Assembly: GCA_046590205.1 (NCBI GenBank)
Contig: JBKJTT010000068.1
Coordinates: forward strand, 4,819 to 68,818
DNA length: 64,000 nt
Source: Candidatus Kapaibacterium sp.
GTDB lineage: Bacteria > Bacteroidota > Ignavibacteria > Palsa-1295
Reading direction: 5' to 3'
The position numbers and the translations under genes are program-made. A model generated the notes under the pieces. It saw only the letters and a program-made list of their open reading frames with translations. It was not told where the DNA came from and searched no databases. Each line of letters begins with the position of its first letter. The stretch's first letter is position 1. Below, piece after piece: positions 54,783 to 64,000 of this stretch.

Positions 54783-57281
54783 TACACGCTGGCCTTGTGC
54801 GGTCAATGCGATAATATACGAGCCACTTGGTACTGACTGTGGGAGTGTGAAGTTTATATCCTGAATTGGTCCTGAGTTAGCGAACTTCTGTGTTTGCCAA
54901 AGAGTATTCCCCAATACATCAATAATTGAAATATCTATCTGTGTTCCTTGTGAAAGTTTATGGCTTATAGAAACTACAAAATCACTGCGTATGGGGGAAG
55001 GAATGATCTTAACGATCGAAAGTGGGATCGTCTTCATATACCCATGGAGATATTCATCGCCACAGTTATCTATCCCTACAAATTCACCCGTCGTATCAAG
55101 GGCGTTGACATCCAATGGGCACGGTGAAGCACTTGTAAAGAATCCCGATAGTGCTATCTCTGTAGCATTGGTATCGGTCACATAGGTAGGTCCCTTCAAA
55201 AAACCGAGAAGTCCTTTTCCTTTCACGAGTGCCGCTCCGTTGGGATGAGTATAAATAAGCTCATCAGTCTCATTATCTATCTTATTTATCGATACATCCC
55301 AACCTGCAAGAATAGTAGATGTTGTTTTAACAGAAGATATGTCAAGTACATCGTGATCGTAGCGAAGCCGCACACGAAGCTCACGCAAGGTGTCAACAAT
55401 AGCGGTTTCAAGATAAAGCTGTCCTGTTGTCGTATCACCAAGCTCGACCGAGCGGAGGATGATAGATAATTTTGCATCTACCACACCACGAGACTCAAAT
55501 ATCTGAATTGTTTCCTGCCCAGCTCCTCGACGGTTCGGTAAATACGCGAAGTCAAGTTCACTCTCAGTACTCGTCGCTCGGAGTGTTGTTTGTGGCGATG
55601 TTGTCGATACATCAAAGACTACACTAAGTAGTTCTCCACTTACTGAAATGGGGGTCGGAGATTTTATCGTAAGCCGAATCGTATCAGGCGATAAATTATC
55701 TATCGTTGAAATTCCTACAATAGATGGTGATGGTGTAATCGTTACAGGTGTCATCAACCGTCCATCGTACGTGAACGTTAAGCGCAGTTGATACACGTTC
55801 TCCGATGGTAATATCGGCTCGGCAAGTGAAATCGATGAACTGAACGTCCGACAAGTCTTTGCAGAATCTGATACAATGACAAGTGAACGTGTGATCGGAC
55901 GCGGAAGTGGCGGCGCGATTCCCGTCATTGTGCTCAAGTATGCCTCGGCAGCATCAAATCCGCTCATCATTGCATAGACAGGTACAGGCGATGTGATACG
56001 GTGTTCACCCGAAACAATAGCAGCGATAAGAACAGAAAATGAAGAGTTTGGGATAGGGACTCTTGTAGGGAAACGAGTTATCGGGTCAGTATCAATGAAG
56101 ATGCGATCCGAGTCAGCTGTTGAGTAAATAAGTGATACATAGTTTATTACAAAACCAACGGGAAAACTCGGAGCGAGCCAAAGCAATGTATCTCCCCATG
56201 CTCGCTGCGGCAATACAGGTGCAATTGATGGATCACTGTAATAGTAATTATCTGACCCTGCTGTGAGTTCATGGCAGATCGCTGGGGCACTCACTAAGAA
56301 CATATCAGGATTATTGTGAGGAACTACGAGTCGTCCGGTCGTCGTCTGATAGAGAACTCCGCTCGTACTTAGGACAAAGAATTGTTGGGTTGGACTCGTG
56401 AAAATAAGTCGGCTATCATGCTGTGGGTCTGATGGCGGAGTAGAATAAAAAACCGTATCAATTACCAGTGCAGTCGGAAGCAAATGATCAACAAGAGGGT
56501 TACATGATTGTTGTGCAAGCGGAACATACGAACAGGTAGATGCCATCATAACGCTTACTGGCTTCGTCGATTGCACTTGAGAGTTCGAGAGCGAGGAGTT
56601 TACCGGCAGCGAAAAAATATCTGCCTTGAGTATAAATGTCTCCCCTCTGTTGAGTCTTACATTTATCGGAAGATCAGCATCATACCCACCTATACATTTT
56701 ACTTTTGGAATGATCGTTACGTCAGTACCATCCTCGTTAGCAATAACGAGTATCTGATTACGATTATCTTCATAGTAATTTACATAATCTGAAGTATCAT
56801 TAAAAAGCCCCCAACCAGTCGCCAAATAATCTGTGCCAAGAACATCATCCGGAAATATCTGTGATGATTCACTTGCTGCCGGATTAAGGATGTAATATGT
56901 AAGATTGATTGGTTGGGTAGTCCGAACAAGAATGCCTTTATTCGTTTTACCGAGATCATAGAGGTGCATCAACGAATGAGGCAGGTCAACTTGTGAGGCA
57001 CGGTTCGCCGAAAAAGAAAAATTGATCTCCACTCCGGACGGAGAATAGACTACTCCATCACCATCATGTGGACTCATTATTATTAGAGCTAACCGAGAGC
57101 GTACAAACTCTGAAGAAACCCTATCTGCTCCTTCTGGGATTGCAAACGTGAATGATGTGCCTGCCGTCTTTAGACCTTGTGAATCAGCAGAAACGACTCC
57201 CAAAAGGAGCAGGAAGAAGCTAAAGAGTATGCGTTGGTGTCGTGGCACTCGTGTTTTTAAAAAAAAGGGAGATATACCCAT
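54756..57281 (-). CDS. Large (841 aa) secreted protein with a T9SS C-terminal sorting domain
   Basis: An N-terminal signal (RILFSFFLLLLGVVSA) is followed by a long beta-rich body. The C-terminal sorting domain reads ...KIIPSPIRSDFVVSISH...GSYIIALTAQG.... The 3' end overlaps the convergent PAP2 gene by 27 bp. Confidence 0.6.
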   Translation of the reverse strand: MGISPFFLKTRVPRHQRILFSFFLLLLGVVSADSQGLKTAGTSFTFAIPEGADRVSSEFVRSRLALIIMSPHDGDGVVYSPSGVEINFSFSANRASQVDLPHSLMHLYDLGKTNKGILVRTTQPINLTYYILNPAASESSQIFPDDVLGTDYLATGWGLFNDTSDYVNYYEDNRNQILVIANEDGTDVTIIPKVKCIGGYDADLPINVRLNRGETFILKADIFSLPVNSSLSNSQVQSTKPVSVMMASTCSYVPLAQQSCNPLVDHLLPTALVIDTVFYSTPPSDPQHDSRLIFTSPTQQFFVLSTSGVLYQTTTGRLVVPHNNPDMFLVSAPAICHELTAGSDNYYYSDPSIAPVLPQRAWGDTLLWLAPSFPVGFVINYVSLIYSTADSDRIFIDTDPITRFPTRVPIPNSSFSVLIAAIVSGEHRITSPVPVYAMMSGFDAAEAYLSTMTGIAPPLPRPITRSLVIVSDSAKTCRTFSSSISLAEPILPSENVYQLRLTFTYDGRLMTPVTITPSPSIVGISTIDNLSPDTIRLTIKSPTPISVSGELLSVVFDVSTTSPQTTLRATSTESELDFAYLPNRRGAGQETIQIFESRGVVDAKLSIILRSVELGDTTTGQLYLETAIVDTLRELRVRLRYDHDVLDISSVKTTSTILAGWDVSINKIDNETDELIYTHPNGAALVKGKGLLGFLKGPTYVTDTNATEIALSGFFTSASPCPLDVNALDTTGEFVGIDNCGDEYLHGYMKTIPLSIVKIIPSPIRSDFVVSISHKLSQGTQIDISIIDVLGNTLWQTQKFANSGPIQDINFTLPQSVPSGSYIIALTAQGQRVSSGIIVAR

Positions 57282-57327
57282 ATTTTTAACGACACGGCAC
57301 CAAAGAGTTGTTCCCTTGGAAAAACAG

Positions 57328-58629
57328 TTAGTTCTTCAATGCCTTTTGTCCAATGTCATTTCGGTAATATGCACCGTCAAAGCTGATAAGCCCGAGAGCA
57401 CGATACGCAGCACCGATGGTCTCTTTTATTTCGTTTCCAAAACCAACTGCAGTGACAGAAAGCACTCTTCCTCCGGACGTAACAATCTTCCCGTGCTCAT
57501 CAGTCTTTGTTGCGGCGTGAAAGACAGCAACGCCTTCGTCAATTTCTTTCTTTGGGTTGAAATGGTCAAGACCTTCTATGACCTTTCCCGTCTCGTACTG
57601 TTCAGGATACCCCTGGGATGACATAACAACGGTTACTGCACATGCCTCAAAACTCTTGACGGGCATTTTCTCTTTAAGCTTCCCTGTCGCACATGCAAGT
57701 AGTAATTCTGCAAAGTCACCTTCGATAAGCGGGATGATAACTTGTGCTTCAGGGTCACCGAAGCGGACATTGAACTCAACAACTCTCGCCCTGCTATTCT
57801 TTATCATCACACCGCAATAGAGAACACCTCGATAGGTACGACTTTCTTCGCGAAGTCCTCGGAGCACCGGCTCAATGATCTCACGCTTGATCTGCTCCAT
57901 GATCTCATCGGTAACGATCTTCGCAGGAGCGTATGCACCCATACCACCTGTATTTTTTCCGCGATCACCATCGTAGATACGTTTATGATCTTGCGCCGTG
58001 GCGAGAACGTCATAATCAATCCCATCAGTGATAGCAAATACCGATGCCTCTTCGCCTTCCATAAATTCTTCGATGACTATACGTGCACCGGCTTCGCCGA
58101 AAATGCGGCGGCCGAATATCTCATCCATCGTGTGAAGTGCTTCGGCTTCGGTCTCGACGATAATGACACCTTTTCCTGCGGCTAAACCATCTGCTTTGAT
58201 GACGGCAGGATAGTTGAGGTGGCGTAAGAAGGCACGAGCTTCAAGCTGCTCGCCTGGGGTGAAGACTGCGAAGCGAGCCGTCGGGACACCGTGACGGTGC
58301 ATAAAATCTTTTGAGAATGCTTTTGATGCTTCCAGCAATGCAGCAGAGCGGTGCGGACCGAAGGCAGGGATGCGTTCAGTTTCAAGCGCATCAGCAATTC
58401 CAACTGCAAGCGGACCTTCAGGACCGATAACGACAAGGTCAATACGCTCACGAAGACAAAAACCAACAACAGCTTTTTCATCGGTTGGTACAAGGCCGAC
58501 ACATTCGGCTACCTGTGCAATGCCGGCATTACCAGGTGCACAAAAAATCTGACTTACGACAGGTGATTGCTTGAGCTTCCAACAAATAACATGCTCGCGT
58601 GCGCCGGAGCCGAGTACCAATATTCTCAT
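57328..58629 (-). CDS. purD: Phosphoribosylamine--glycine ligase
   Basis: MRILVLGSGAREHVICWKL... and the ATP-grasp motifs are collinear with PurD. The length is 433 aa. Confidence 0.9.
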   Translation of the reverse strand: MRILVLGSGAREHVICWKLKQSPVVSQIFCAPGNAGIAQVAECVGLVPTDEKAVVGFCLRERIDLVVIGPEGPLAVGIADALETERIPAFGPHRSAALLEASKAFSKDFMHRHGVPTARFAVFTPGEQLEARAFLRHLNYPAVIKADGLAAGKGVIIVETEAEALHTMDEIFGRRIFGEAGARIVIEEFMEGEEASVFAITDGIDYDVLATAQDHKRIYDGDRGKNTGGMGAYAPAKIVTDEIMEQIKREIIEPVLRGLREESRTYRGVLYCGVMIKNSRARVVEFNVRFGDPEAQVIIPLIEGDFAELLLACATGKLKEKMPVKSFEACAVTVVMSSQGYPEQYETGKVIEGLDHFNPKKEIDEGVAVFHAATKTDEHGKIVTSGGRVLSVTAVGFGNEIKETIGAAYRALGLISFDGAYYRNDIGQKALKN

Positions 58630-58711
58630 TCAGGATTTACAACTAATTATATGCAAAAATACGACTGCTGGTGACATCAGCAAACAGGTTATGATATTTG
58701 GAGCAGAATCA

Positions 58712-59653
58712 TCACACCCCATCGTCTTCAAACCGCGACAGCGATTGAAGTTCGAGGAATCGCTCATAGATAGCTCCTGTCTCTAAATTCTCTATTGCCT
58801 CGGTCGAGAACTTCGTGCAGCAATAGCTTGCGAGTGCAGTACCGTATATAACTGCACGTTTGACATCATCATACGCAACCGAATCACGCTTCGATAAATA
58901 TCCCATGAAGCCACCCATAAATGTATCACCTGCACCCGTCGGGTCATATATCTCTTCAAGGGGATAGCTCGGTGCAGAGAAGAAGTGCTCGTTATAGAAT
59001 AACAATGCACCATGCTCTCCCTTTTTAATGATGACGATACTCGGACCGTCACTGGAGAGCATCTCCTGAAGCTTTCTACCGCTGTGAATAAGACTTGGCG
59101 ATTCGACAAGCAAACGTGCTTCGCTATCATTGAGCACTAATGCATTGCTCTTTGAGAGTGTAAGTTCAAGATCTGCGCGTGCCCCTGTTATCCAGAAGTT
59201 CATCGTATCACAAATAATAAGCTTCGGCTTTTTAGTGAGCTGTGTGATAACGTCATGCTGCAAGCTCGGAGCTACATTCCCAAGCACCAGAAAATCAGGA
59301 GCAGTGATATGTGCAGGTACTTTCGGCTTGAAATCAGCAAGCACATTGAGATCAGTAACAAGCGTATCGCGGGTATTCATATCATAATGATACTTGCCTG
59401 CCCAAAAGAAGGTCTTCCCGCCTTTGACAACCTCTACCCCTGAAATATCAAACTTCTTAGATTTGAGGAGATTCCACCCATGCTCGGGAAAATCTTCGCC
59501 TACTACACCAACGAGGGATATCTGTTCACCCGGCACAAAGTAGCTTGCCGAAAGAGCGATATAGGTTGCGCTGCCGCCAAGAGCATTTTCTTTTTTGGCG
59601 AATGGCGTTTCGAGCGAATCAATAGCGAGAGTACCGACTATTAGTAAAGACAT
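58712..59653 (-). CDS. pfkB-family carbohydrate kinase (ribokinase-like)
   Basis: The N-terminal GG motif (NALGGSATYIAL) and the C-terminal DPTGAGDTF motif are present. Confidence 0.75.
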   Translation of the reverse strand: MSLLIVGTLAIDSLETPFAKKENALGGSATYIALSASYFVPGEQISLVGVVGEDFPEHGWNLLKSKKFDISGVEVVKGGKTFFWAGKYHYDMNTRDTLVTDLNVLADFKPKVPAHITAPDFLVLGNVAPSLQHDVITQLTKKPKLIICDTMNFWITGARADLELTLSKSNALVLNDSEARLLVESPSLIHSGRKLQEMLSSDGPSIVIIKKGEHGALLFYNEHFFSAPSYPLEEIYDPTGAGDTFMGGFMGYLSKRDSVAYDDVKRAVIYGTALASYCCTKFSTEAIENLETGAIYERFLELQSLSRFEDDGV

Positions 59654-59918
59654 AGAGTTTTCTTATGTAAAAGCGAAAAGGCAACAACGTCAGTGCTATG
59701 GTGGTTCAGTGGTGAAACAATTCAAATAGTGTGTCGTAGATATATTATGTCATATTTACTCCTTGAATTTCTTGATTCTGCCACAGCCGTATTATTGTTG
59801 CCGAACCGGAAAACACCCTCCGTTTGGGCAACAGCATTTGTACTTGTATTCCTTGCTGGTATACTCGTTATCGTAGCCGCCAACTGAACAGTCCTTCCTA
59901 AATGAGTGTTTACCATGT

Positions 59919-60122
59919 ATGCAGATTGGTAACGAAAACTACGAGATTCTAGTAAAGCGCGAAGGTGAAACGGGTTACTCCGCTTTTTGTCCGGAGCTTG
60001 AGCTTATTGTACGCGGGACAGCGCATGTGCAAGTTGAAGAAAAGATGAAACTGCTCATCCAAGAGCATGTTGCAAAAAAAAATGCTGAAGCCGCGGCTTC
60101 CAACGGCGTTTCAAAGAACTAA
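59919..60122 (+). CDS. UPF0150/HicB-like small protein (67 aa) immediately upstream of priA
   Basis: YEILVKREGETGYSAFCPELELIVRGTAHVQVEEKMKLLIQEHV matches the UPF0150/HicB N-terminal fold pattern. An 18-nt gap separates it from priA. Confidence 0.55.
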   Translation: MQIGNENYEILVKREGETGYSAFCPELELIVRGTAHVQVEEKMKLLIQEHVAKKNAEAAASNGVSKN

Positions 60123-60140
60123 GCTTTTTCCCCTGACGCT

Positions 60141-62696
60141 ATGGCACAGAGCAACGACAGGTATGCAGTTGTAGCTCTTCCACTCCCTTTCAAATTCCAT
60201 TCAGGCGGCTTTGAAGGGCTGACCTATTCTATCCCAGCCGAACTTCGAGACAGTGTCACAGTCGGTGTACGTGTTCTTGTACCGCTCGGCAAGCGGCTTA
60301 CAACTGGGGTACTCGTTGATATTACATCTGAAGCTCCAAAAGATATACGACTCAAGCCAATCACAGACGTTCTCGATGCCACTCCTGTTTTTGACAAGTC
60401 ATTTCTTGAATGGACAAAATGGATTGCCTCATATTACTTAGCATCATGGGGTGAAGTACTTGAGACTGCCCTGCCCGAAGGTCTGCGACCTGCAACAAAG
60501 AGTAAAATATCGGTTATCACAAAACCAAGTGCCGAAGAACTTGCAGTGATGCGTAATTCTGCTCCGCGAAGAGCAGAATTACTTGCTACTATCGCAGGAT
60601 ACGAGAACGGTGTTTATCTTGCCCATCTTGAAAAAAGACATAAGTTCAAGGGACTGTATTCACAAGTCTTTGCGCTTGAACAAGACGGATTTATCAAGAT
60701 AGAACTGCCCTTCACAGGCATCACAAAACCGAAGAAGCAGAAAGTCGTTCTGCTCTCTGATGAACTTGCAAATGACACTACGGCATTCAGCGCAGCCCTC
60801 ATAGAAGTCGAGCGTGCAAAGAAGCAAGTACAAGTCCTCTTGAAACTTCTCCAGCAGAAACAACTTCATCCGAACGAACCGCTTCCGCAATCACTGCTTG
60901 AAAGACAAACGGATGTAACAAGTGCTGTGATAAACAAACTAGAAGAGCGTGGCTTTGTAAAATTTGAGAGTCGAGAAATCATACCTGTTATTCATGAACT
61001 TCCTCTCTCGAATGAGGAAGATGATATAAAGAACATCTCTCTTACTGACGAACAGCAGATAGCGATAACGACGATCTCTGATTCTATCTCAAAAAAAGAG
61101 CCGGCAACATATCTTCTTCATGGAGTAACAGGTTCAGGCAAGACGGAAGTCTATATTGCTCTTGCACGCAAAGTGCTAGATGAGGGGGGAAGTGTACTTG
61201 TGCTTGTGCCGGAGATATCTTTGACACCGCAGCTTATCGATAGATTCAAAAAGCGTCTAAGCTCCGACCGTAACATCCCCGTTGCCGTTCTGCACTCGCG
61301 AATGTCGCTTGCCGATAGGTACCGTTCATGGAAGATGCTTGCATCAGGCGAAGCGCGGATCGCAATCGGGGCGCGTAGCGCGGTATTCGCTCCACTCAAA
61401 GACTTGCGACTTATTGTCGTTGACGAAGAACATGAAGTAACATTCAAGCAATACGACTCGAACCCGAGATATAATGCCCGCGATGCTGCTATCATGCGAG
61501 CACATCTGCTCGGTGCAACAGCCGTTCTTGGTAGTGCAACCCCTTCGCTTGAGAGTTACTATAATGCTGAACAAGGGAAATATCATTTACTCAAGCTTAC
61601 TAAACGAGCACAAGAAGCGCGGTTGCCGAAAGTTGAGATCGTTGATATGCGCACCGCTCCAAGACGCAAAGAGCAGATGGCGGGGATGTCGCATCTCTCC
61701 GATAAGCTCATCGTAGATATGCAAGCGCGGATTGCGAATAAAGAAGGCATTGTTCTTTTACAGAACCGTCGCGGCTTCTCGACGTACATAGGTTGCTCAA
61801 GCTGCGGAGAGGTCATCATGTGTCCGAACTGTTCGGTAACGCTTACCTATCATACGATAGGGAAACGCTTGCATTGCCATTACTGCGGATTCCAAAACCA
61901 TAAACCTAAGACCTGCCCGAAATGCAGTAGCCAGAAACTCTACGAAGGTGGTGTCGGTACACAACGAGTGGAGGATGAACTCCTGCAAGAATTACCGGAT
62001 ACAAAAGTCATCCGAATGGATCTTGACACGACGGCACGCAAAGGCGCATACGAAAAGATACTCGGAGCGTTCGGTAAAGGCGAAGCGGATATTCTTCTGG
62101 GCACACAGATGGTGGCAAAGGGGCTTGACTTTCCTCGTGTAACGCTCGTCGGTGTTATCAGTGCAGATACTTCGCTTACATTACCTGACTTCCGTTCGAG
62201 CGAACGGACATTCCAGCTTCTCACGCAAGTATCCGGCAGGGCGGGGCGAAAGGATTTGGAAGGCGAAGTCATTGTCCAGACCATGCAGCCCGAACATGAG
62301 GCGATACTCCTGGCCAAAGAACATAACTACGAAGGATTTTATAAATATGAATTGCCTTTGCGCAAAGAACTTCGCTACCCGCCATTCTCACGGCTTATAC
62401 TTATTGAGTTCAAAGGTAAATCGGAGCAGTCAGTTCGAGAACGAGCTTTTGCATTTGCGACATTGTTCCCTACCACTGCATCATACTATGAACGCCTCGG
62501 ACCATCAGAGCCGGTCTTGAAGAAACTTCGAGGAGAGTATCGTTGGCATATTCTTATTAAGAACTATCGCGATAAAGATGCCTCCGGGGAAAAGATGCGA
62601 CGGATAATCGCGGGTGCGTTAGAACAGTATCAAACCAAGTATGCGACGAGTGCTGTAAAAGTAACGGTAGATGTCGATGTGCAAGGAGTCCTTTAA
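60141..62696 (+). CDS. priA: Primosomal protein N' (PriA helicase)
   Basis: Walker A (GVTGSGKTEVY), DEEH, Cys-rich Zn-binding insert (CSSCGEVIMCPNCS...CHYCGF...CPKCSS) and the C-terminal domain are all present. The length is 851 aa. Confidence 0.9.
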   Translation: MAQSNDRYAVVALPLPFKFHSGGFEGLTYSIPAELRDSVTVGVRVLVPLGKRLTTGVLVDITSEAPKDIRLKPITDVLDATPVFDKSFLEWTKWIASYYLASWGEVLETALPEGLRPATKSKISVITKPSAEELAVMRNSAPRRAELLATIAGYENGVYLAHLEKRHKFKGLYSQVFALEQDGFIKIELPFTGITKPKKQKVVLLSDELANDTTAFSAALIEVERAKKQVQVLLKLLQQKQLHPNEPLPQSLLERQTDVTSAVINKLEERGFVKFESREIIPVIHELPLSNEEDDIKNISLTDEQQIAITTISDSISKKEPATYLLHGVTGSGKTEVYIALARKVLDEGGSVLVLVPEISLTPQLIDRFKKRLSSDRNIPVAVLHSRMSLADRYRSWKMLASGEARIAIGARSAVFAPLKDLRLIVVDEEHEVTFKQYDSNPRYNARDAAIMRAHLLGATAVLGSATPSLESYYNAEQGKYHLLKLTKRAQEARLPKVEIVDMRTAPRRKEQMAGMSHLSDKLIVDMQARIANKEGIVLLQNRRGFSTYIGCSSCGEVIMCPNCSVTLTYHTIGKRLHCHYCGFQNHKPKTCPKCSSQKLYEGGVGTQRVEDELLQELPDTKVIRMDLDTTARKGAYEKILGAFGKGEADILLGTQMVAKGLDFPRVTLVGVISADTSLTLPDFRSSERTFQLLTQVSGRAGRKDLEGEVIVQTMQPEHEAILLAKEHNYEGFYKYELPLRKELRYPPFSRLILIEFKGKSEQSVRERAFAFATLFPTTASYYERLGPSEPVLKKLRGEYRWHILIKNYRDKDASGEKMRRIIAGALEQYQTKYATSAVKVTVDVDVQGVL

Positions 62697-62702
62697 AATC
62701 TT

Positions 62703-62745
62703 AAAACCCGCAACGAAGTAGATTATTCCACTCTGTTGCGGGCTT
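62703..62745. terminator. Bidirectional terminator-like hairpin between convergent priA and the alpha/beta hydrolase gene
   Basis: aaacccgcaac pairs with gttgcgggcttt (an 8-9 bp GC stem) around a 20-nt loop. Confidence 0.5.
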
Positions 62746-62825
62746 TAAGGAGGCTTCGGTATGAATTATCAATTCAATTCAACAGGTAAAACTACGAAAT
62801 ACAAGAAGAAATAGTTTCAACACTA

Positions 62826-63611
62826 TTACAGTAAAAAATCTTTTACGACTTTATTATACTCTTCGGGTTGGTCAGCGTGGGCTATGTGCCCTGCCCCTTC
62901 AATACAAATATGCTGTGCACCGTTAATACCCGTAGCTAACTCATCCGAGAGCGTGACTGGGGTTATCTTATCTATTGAGCCGGAGATGGCGAGCGTCTTG
63001 TTTTTGACTAAAGGAAGCATCTTTCTGAAATCTGGACTCCAAGTCGCCTGCCAACTTGCAAGATAAGCATCCTTATCTTTACGAGCCATAGCATAGATGG
63101 CTTCATCCAATGTTTCCCTGTCAATATAAGGTTTGAATACGAGCGGTATCCTCTCCTTTGCAAATTCAGAGAGTGTCTTCGTATCAAGTGCTACCTTTGC
63201 ACGCGGGAGAATGGCATCCTTATCAGTATGATAGGCAAATGTATTACCCAGCACGATCTTATCAAGAGTTGTCAATCCAAGTTCTATCGCTTGTAAGATA
63301 ATAACACCTCCCATTGAATTACCAACCCAATGTGCCTTTTCGTAGCCAAGTTGTTTAATGATGGCATCAACATCAAGTGCAAATTCTTTGAGTGTAATTG
63401 GGAGGGTGTTTCCGTCTCTATCACGAGCATCGGAGTCACCGGAGCCCCGCATATCAATCGCCGCAACGGAGTAACCAAGTGAGTTAAAATACTGCAACTG
63501 ATACTTCCAACTCGTCCTATCCGCGCCAACACCATGCAAGAAGACAATCAGCTCTTTCTCACCTTTGAGAAAGTCGAGTGCTATGTTTATGTTTCTGAGA
63601 TTACTGTACAT
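62826..63611 (-). CDS. Alpha/beta-fold hydrolase
   Basis: The oxyanion-hole motif FLHGVGAD and the nucleophile elbow GNSMGG are present. The length is 261 aa. Confidence 0.75.
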   Translation of the reverse strand: MYSNLRNINIALDFLKGEKELIVFLHGVGADRTSWKYQLQYFNSLGYSVAAIDMRGSGDSDARDRDGNTLPITLKEFALDVDAIIKQLGYEKAHWVGNSMGGVIILQAIELGLTTLDKIVLGNTFAYHTDKDAILPRAKVALDTKTLSEFAKERIPLVFKPYIDRETLDEAIYAMARKDKDAYLASWQATWSPDFRKMLPLVKNKTLAISGSIDKITPVTLSDELATGINGAQHICIEGAGHIAHADQPEEYNKVVKDFLL

Positions 63612-64000
63612 TCCCTGTTATCATCATCTCGACGCGGCGGTTTTTGGCCCTCGCGGTGTCATCGGAGCCACCTACAATTGGTTTTGACTTGCCGTATCCT
63701 TTTGCTGTCATGCGACGTGCAGGAATACCTTTGCTTGTAAGAAATTGCATTACGCTCTTAGCTCTGTCTTCAGAAAGTTTGTTGTTGTAGTCATCGTTAC
63801 CAACATCATCGGTATGTCCACCTACTTCGATCGTTGCATTCTTGTTCTTCTGTAGGAATCCAACAACGCGGTCAAGCTCAAGTTTACTTTCAGAGAGTAA
63901 CTCACTCTTATTAAAATCAAAATATACATTTTTAAACTCTGATATTGAGCCAACCTCAATAGGAGTTAGTTCAAGATCAAGTTGCTTTCTATCGAACGAA
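63601..64000 (-). CDS. OmpA/MotB-family peptidoglycan-binding protein, C-terminal part (5' end outside the window)
   Basis: Hand translation of the minus strand gives ...KSVMQFLTSKGIPARRMTAKGYGKSKPIVGGSDDTARAKNRRVEMMITGNVQ*. The NRRVE stretch is the classical end of an OmpA-like domain. The ORF continues beyond coordinate 64000. Confidence 0.55.
   Translation of the reverse strand, partial: SFDRKQLDLELTPIEVGSISEFKNVYFDFNKSELLSESKLELDRVVGFLQKNKNATIEVGGHTDDVGNDDYNNKLSEDRAKSVMQFLTSKGIPARRMTAKGYGKSKPIVGGSDDTARAKNRRVEMMITGNVQ

Noticed and set aside
59693-59887. A 64-aa ORF upstream of the second HicB-like gene, considered as a possible HicA.
   Set aside because: It has no GSH/HicA-like motif. 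The only plausible product is a 46-aa peptide from the ATG at 59747 with one hydrophobic helix. It is too weak to annotate as a gene.

Overview
This window is about 64 kb of bacterial chromosome from an organism with a type IX secretion system, so probably an FCB-group lineage (Bacteroidetes, Ignavibacteria or a relative). I infer this from six proteins that end in Por/T9SS-type C-terminal sorting domains and from the general lack of Shine-Dalgarno sequences; no rRNA is present to confirm it.

About 50 protein-coding genes are called. Housekeeping genes include hflX, acpS, recO, dcd, recQ, purD, rsmA/ksgA, priA, a YebC-family regulator, and a MetH-like methionine synthase that has only the homocysteine-binding and pterin-binding domains. 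An apparent metabolic operon encodes an Ntn asparaginase, an SDR reductase, a CMD-family protein, a lipoprotein, proline dehydrogenase and a DUF2203-like protein, with a di-haem cytochrome c gene 53 nt downstream.

The accessory content is secreted-protein heavy:
- Two giant T9SS cargo proteins (1513 aa and about 1330 aa) share a domain grammar: Ig-like repeats, then a cohesin-like domain, then the sorting domain. One also carries a long Gly-rich region.
- Three further T9SS cargo proteins are a BNR/Asp-box repeat protein, a protein with four CARDB-like repeat pairs, and an 841-aa protein; a sixth is hypothetical.
- A four-gene operon (ECF sigma factor, anti-sigma factor, double-OmpA-domain protein, LamG-headed giant adhesin) lies downstream of an unusually long 770-bp intergenic region.

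Non-coding and other observations I consider most worth follow-up:
- A roughly 180-bp GC-rich nested palindrome with about 30-bp near-perfect terminal inverted repeats flanked by TA dinucleotides, which is MITE-like or a structured RNA.
- A second palindromic repeat family seen at two loci, sharing 'tagtcgttag' / 'ctaaagacta' cores.
- A TIR / TolB-N-like / TPR protein.
- A low-GC islet of three uncharacterised secreted or membrane proteins, ending in a 55-aa UPF0150/HicB-like gene absent from the ORF track and lacking a hicA partner.
- A second HicB-like gene fused transcriptionally to priA.
- A DUF1573-cytochrome c fusion.
- A partial PorV/PorQ-like outer-membrane gene (unreported) running off the left edge.

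No tRNA, rRNA, CRISPR array or recognisable transposase was found. All calls rest on reading the translations by eye and on remembered family signatures; no database search was run.
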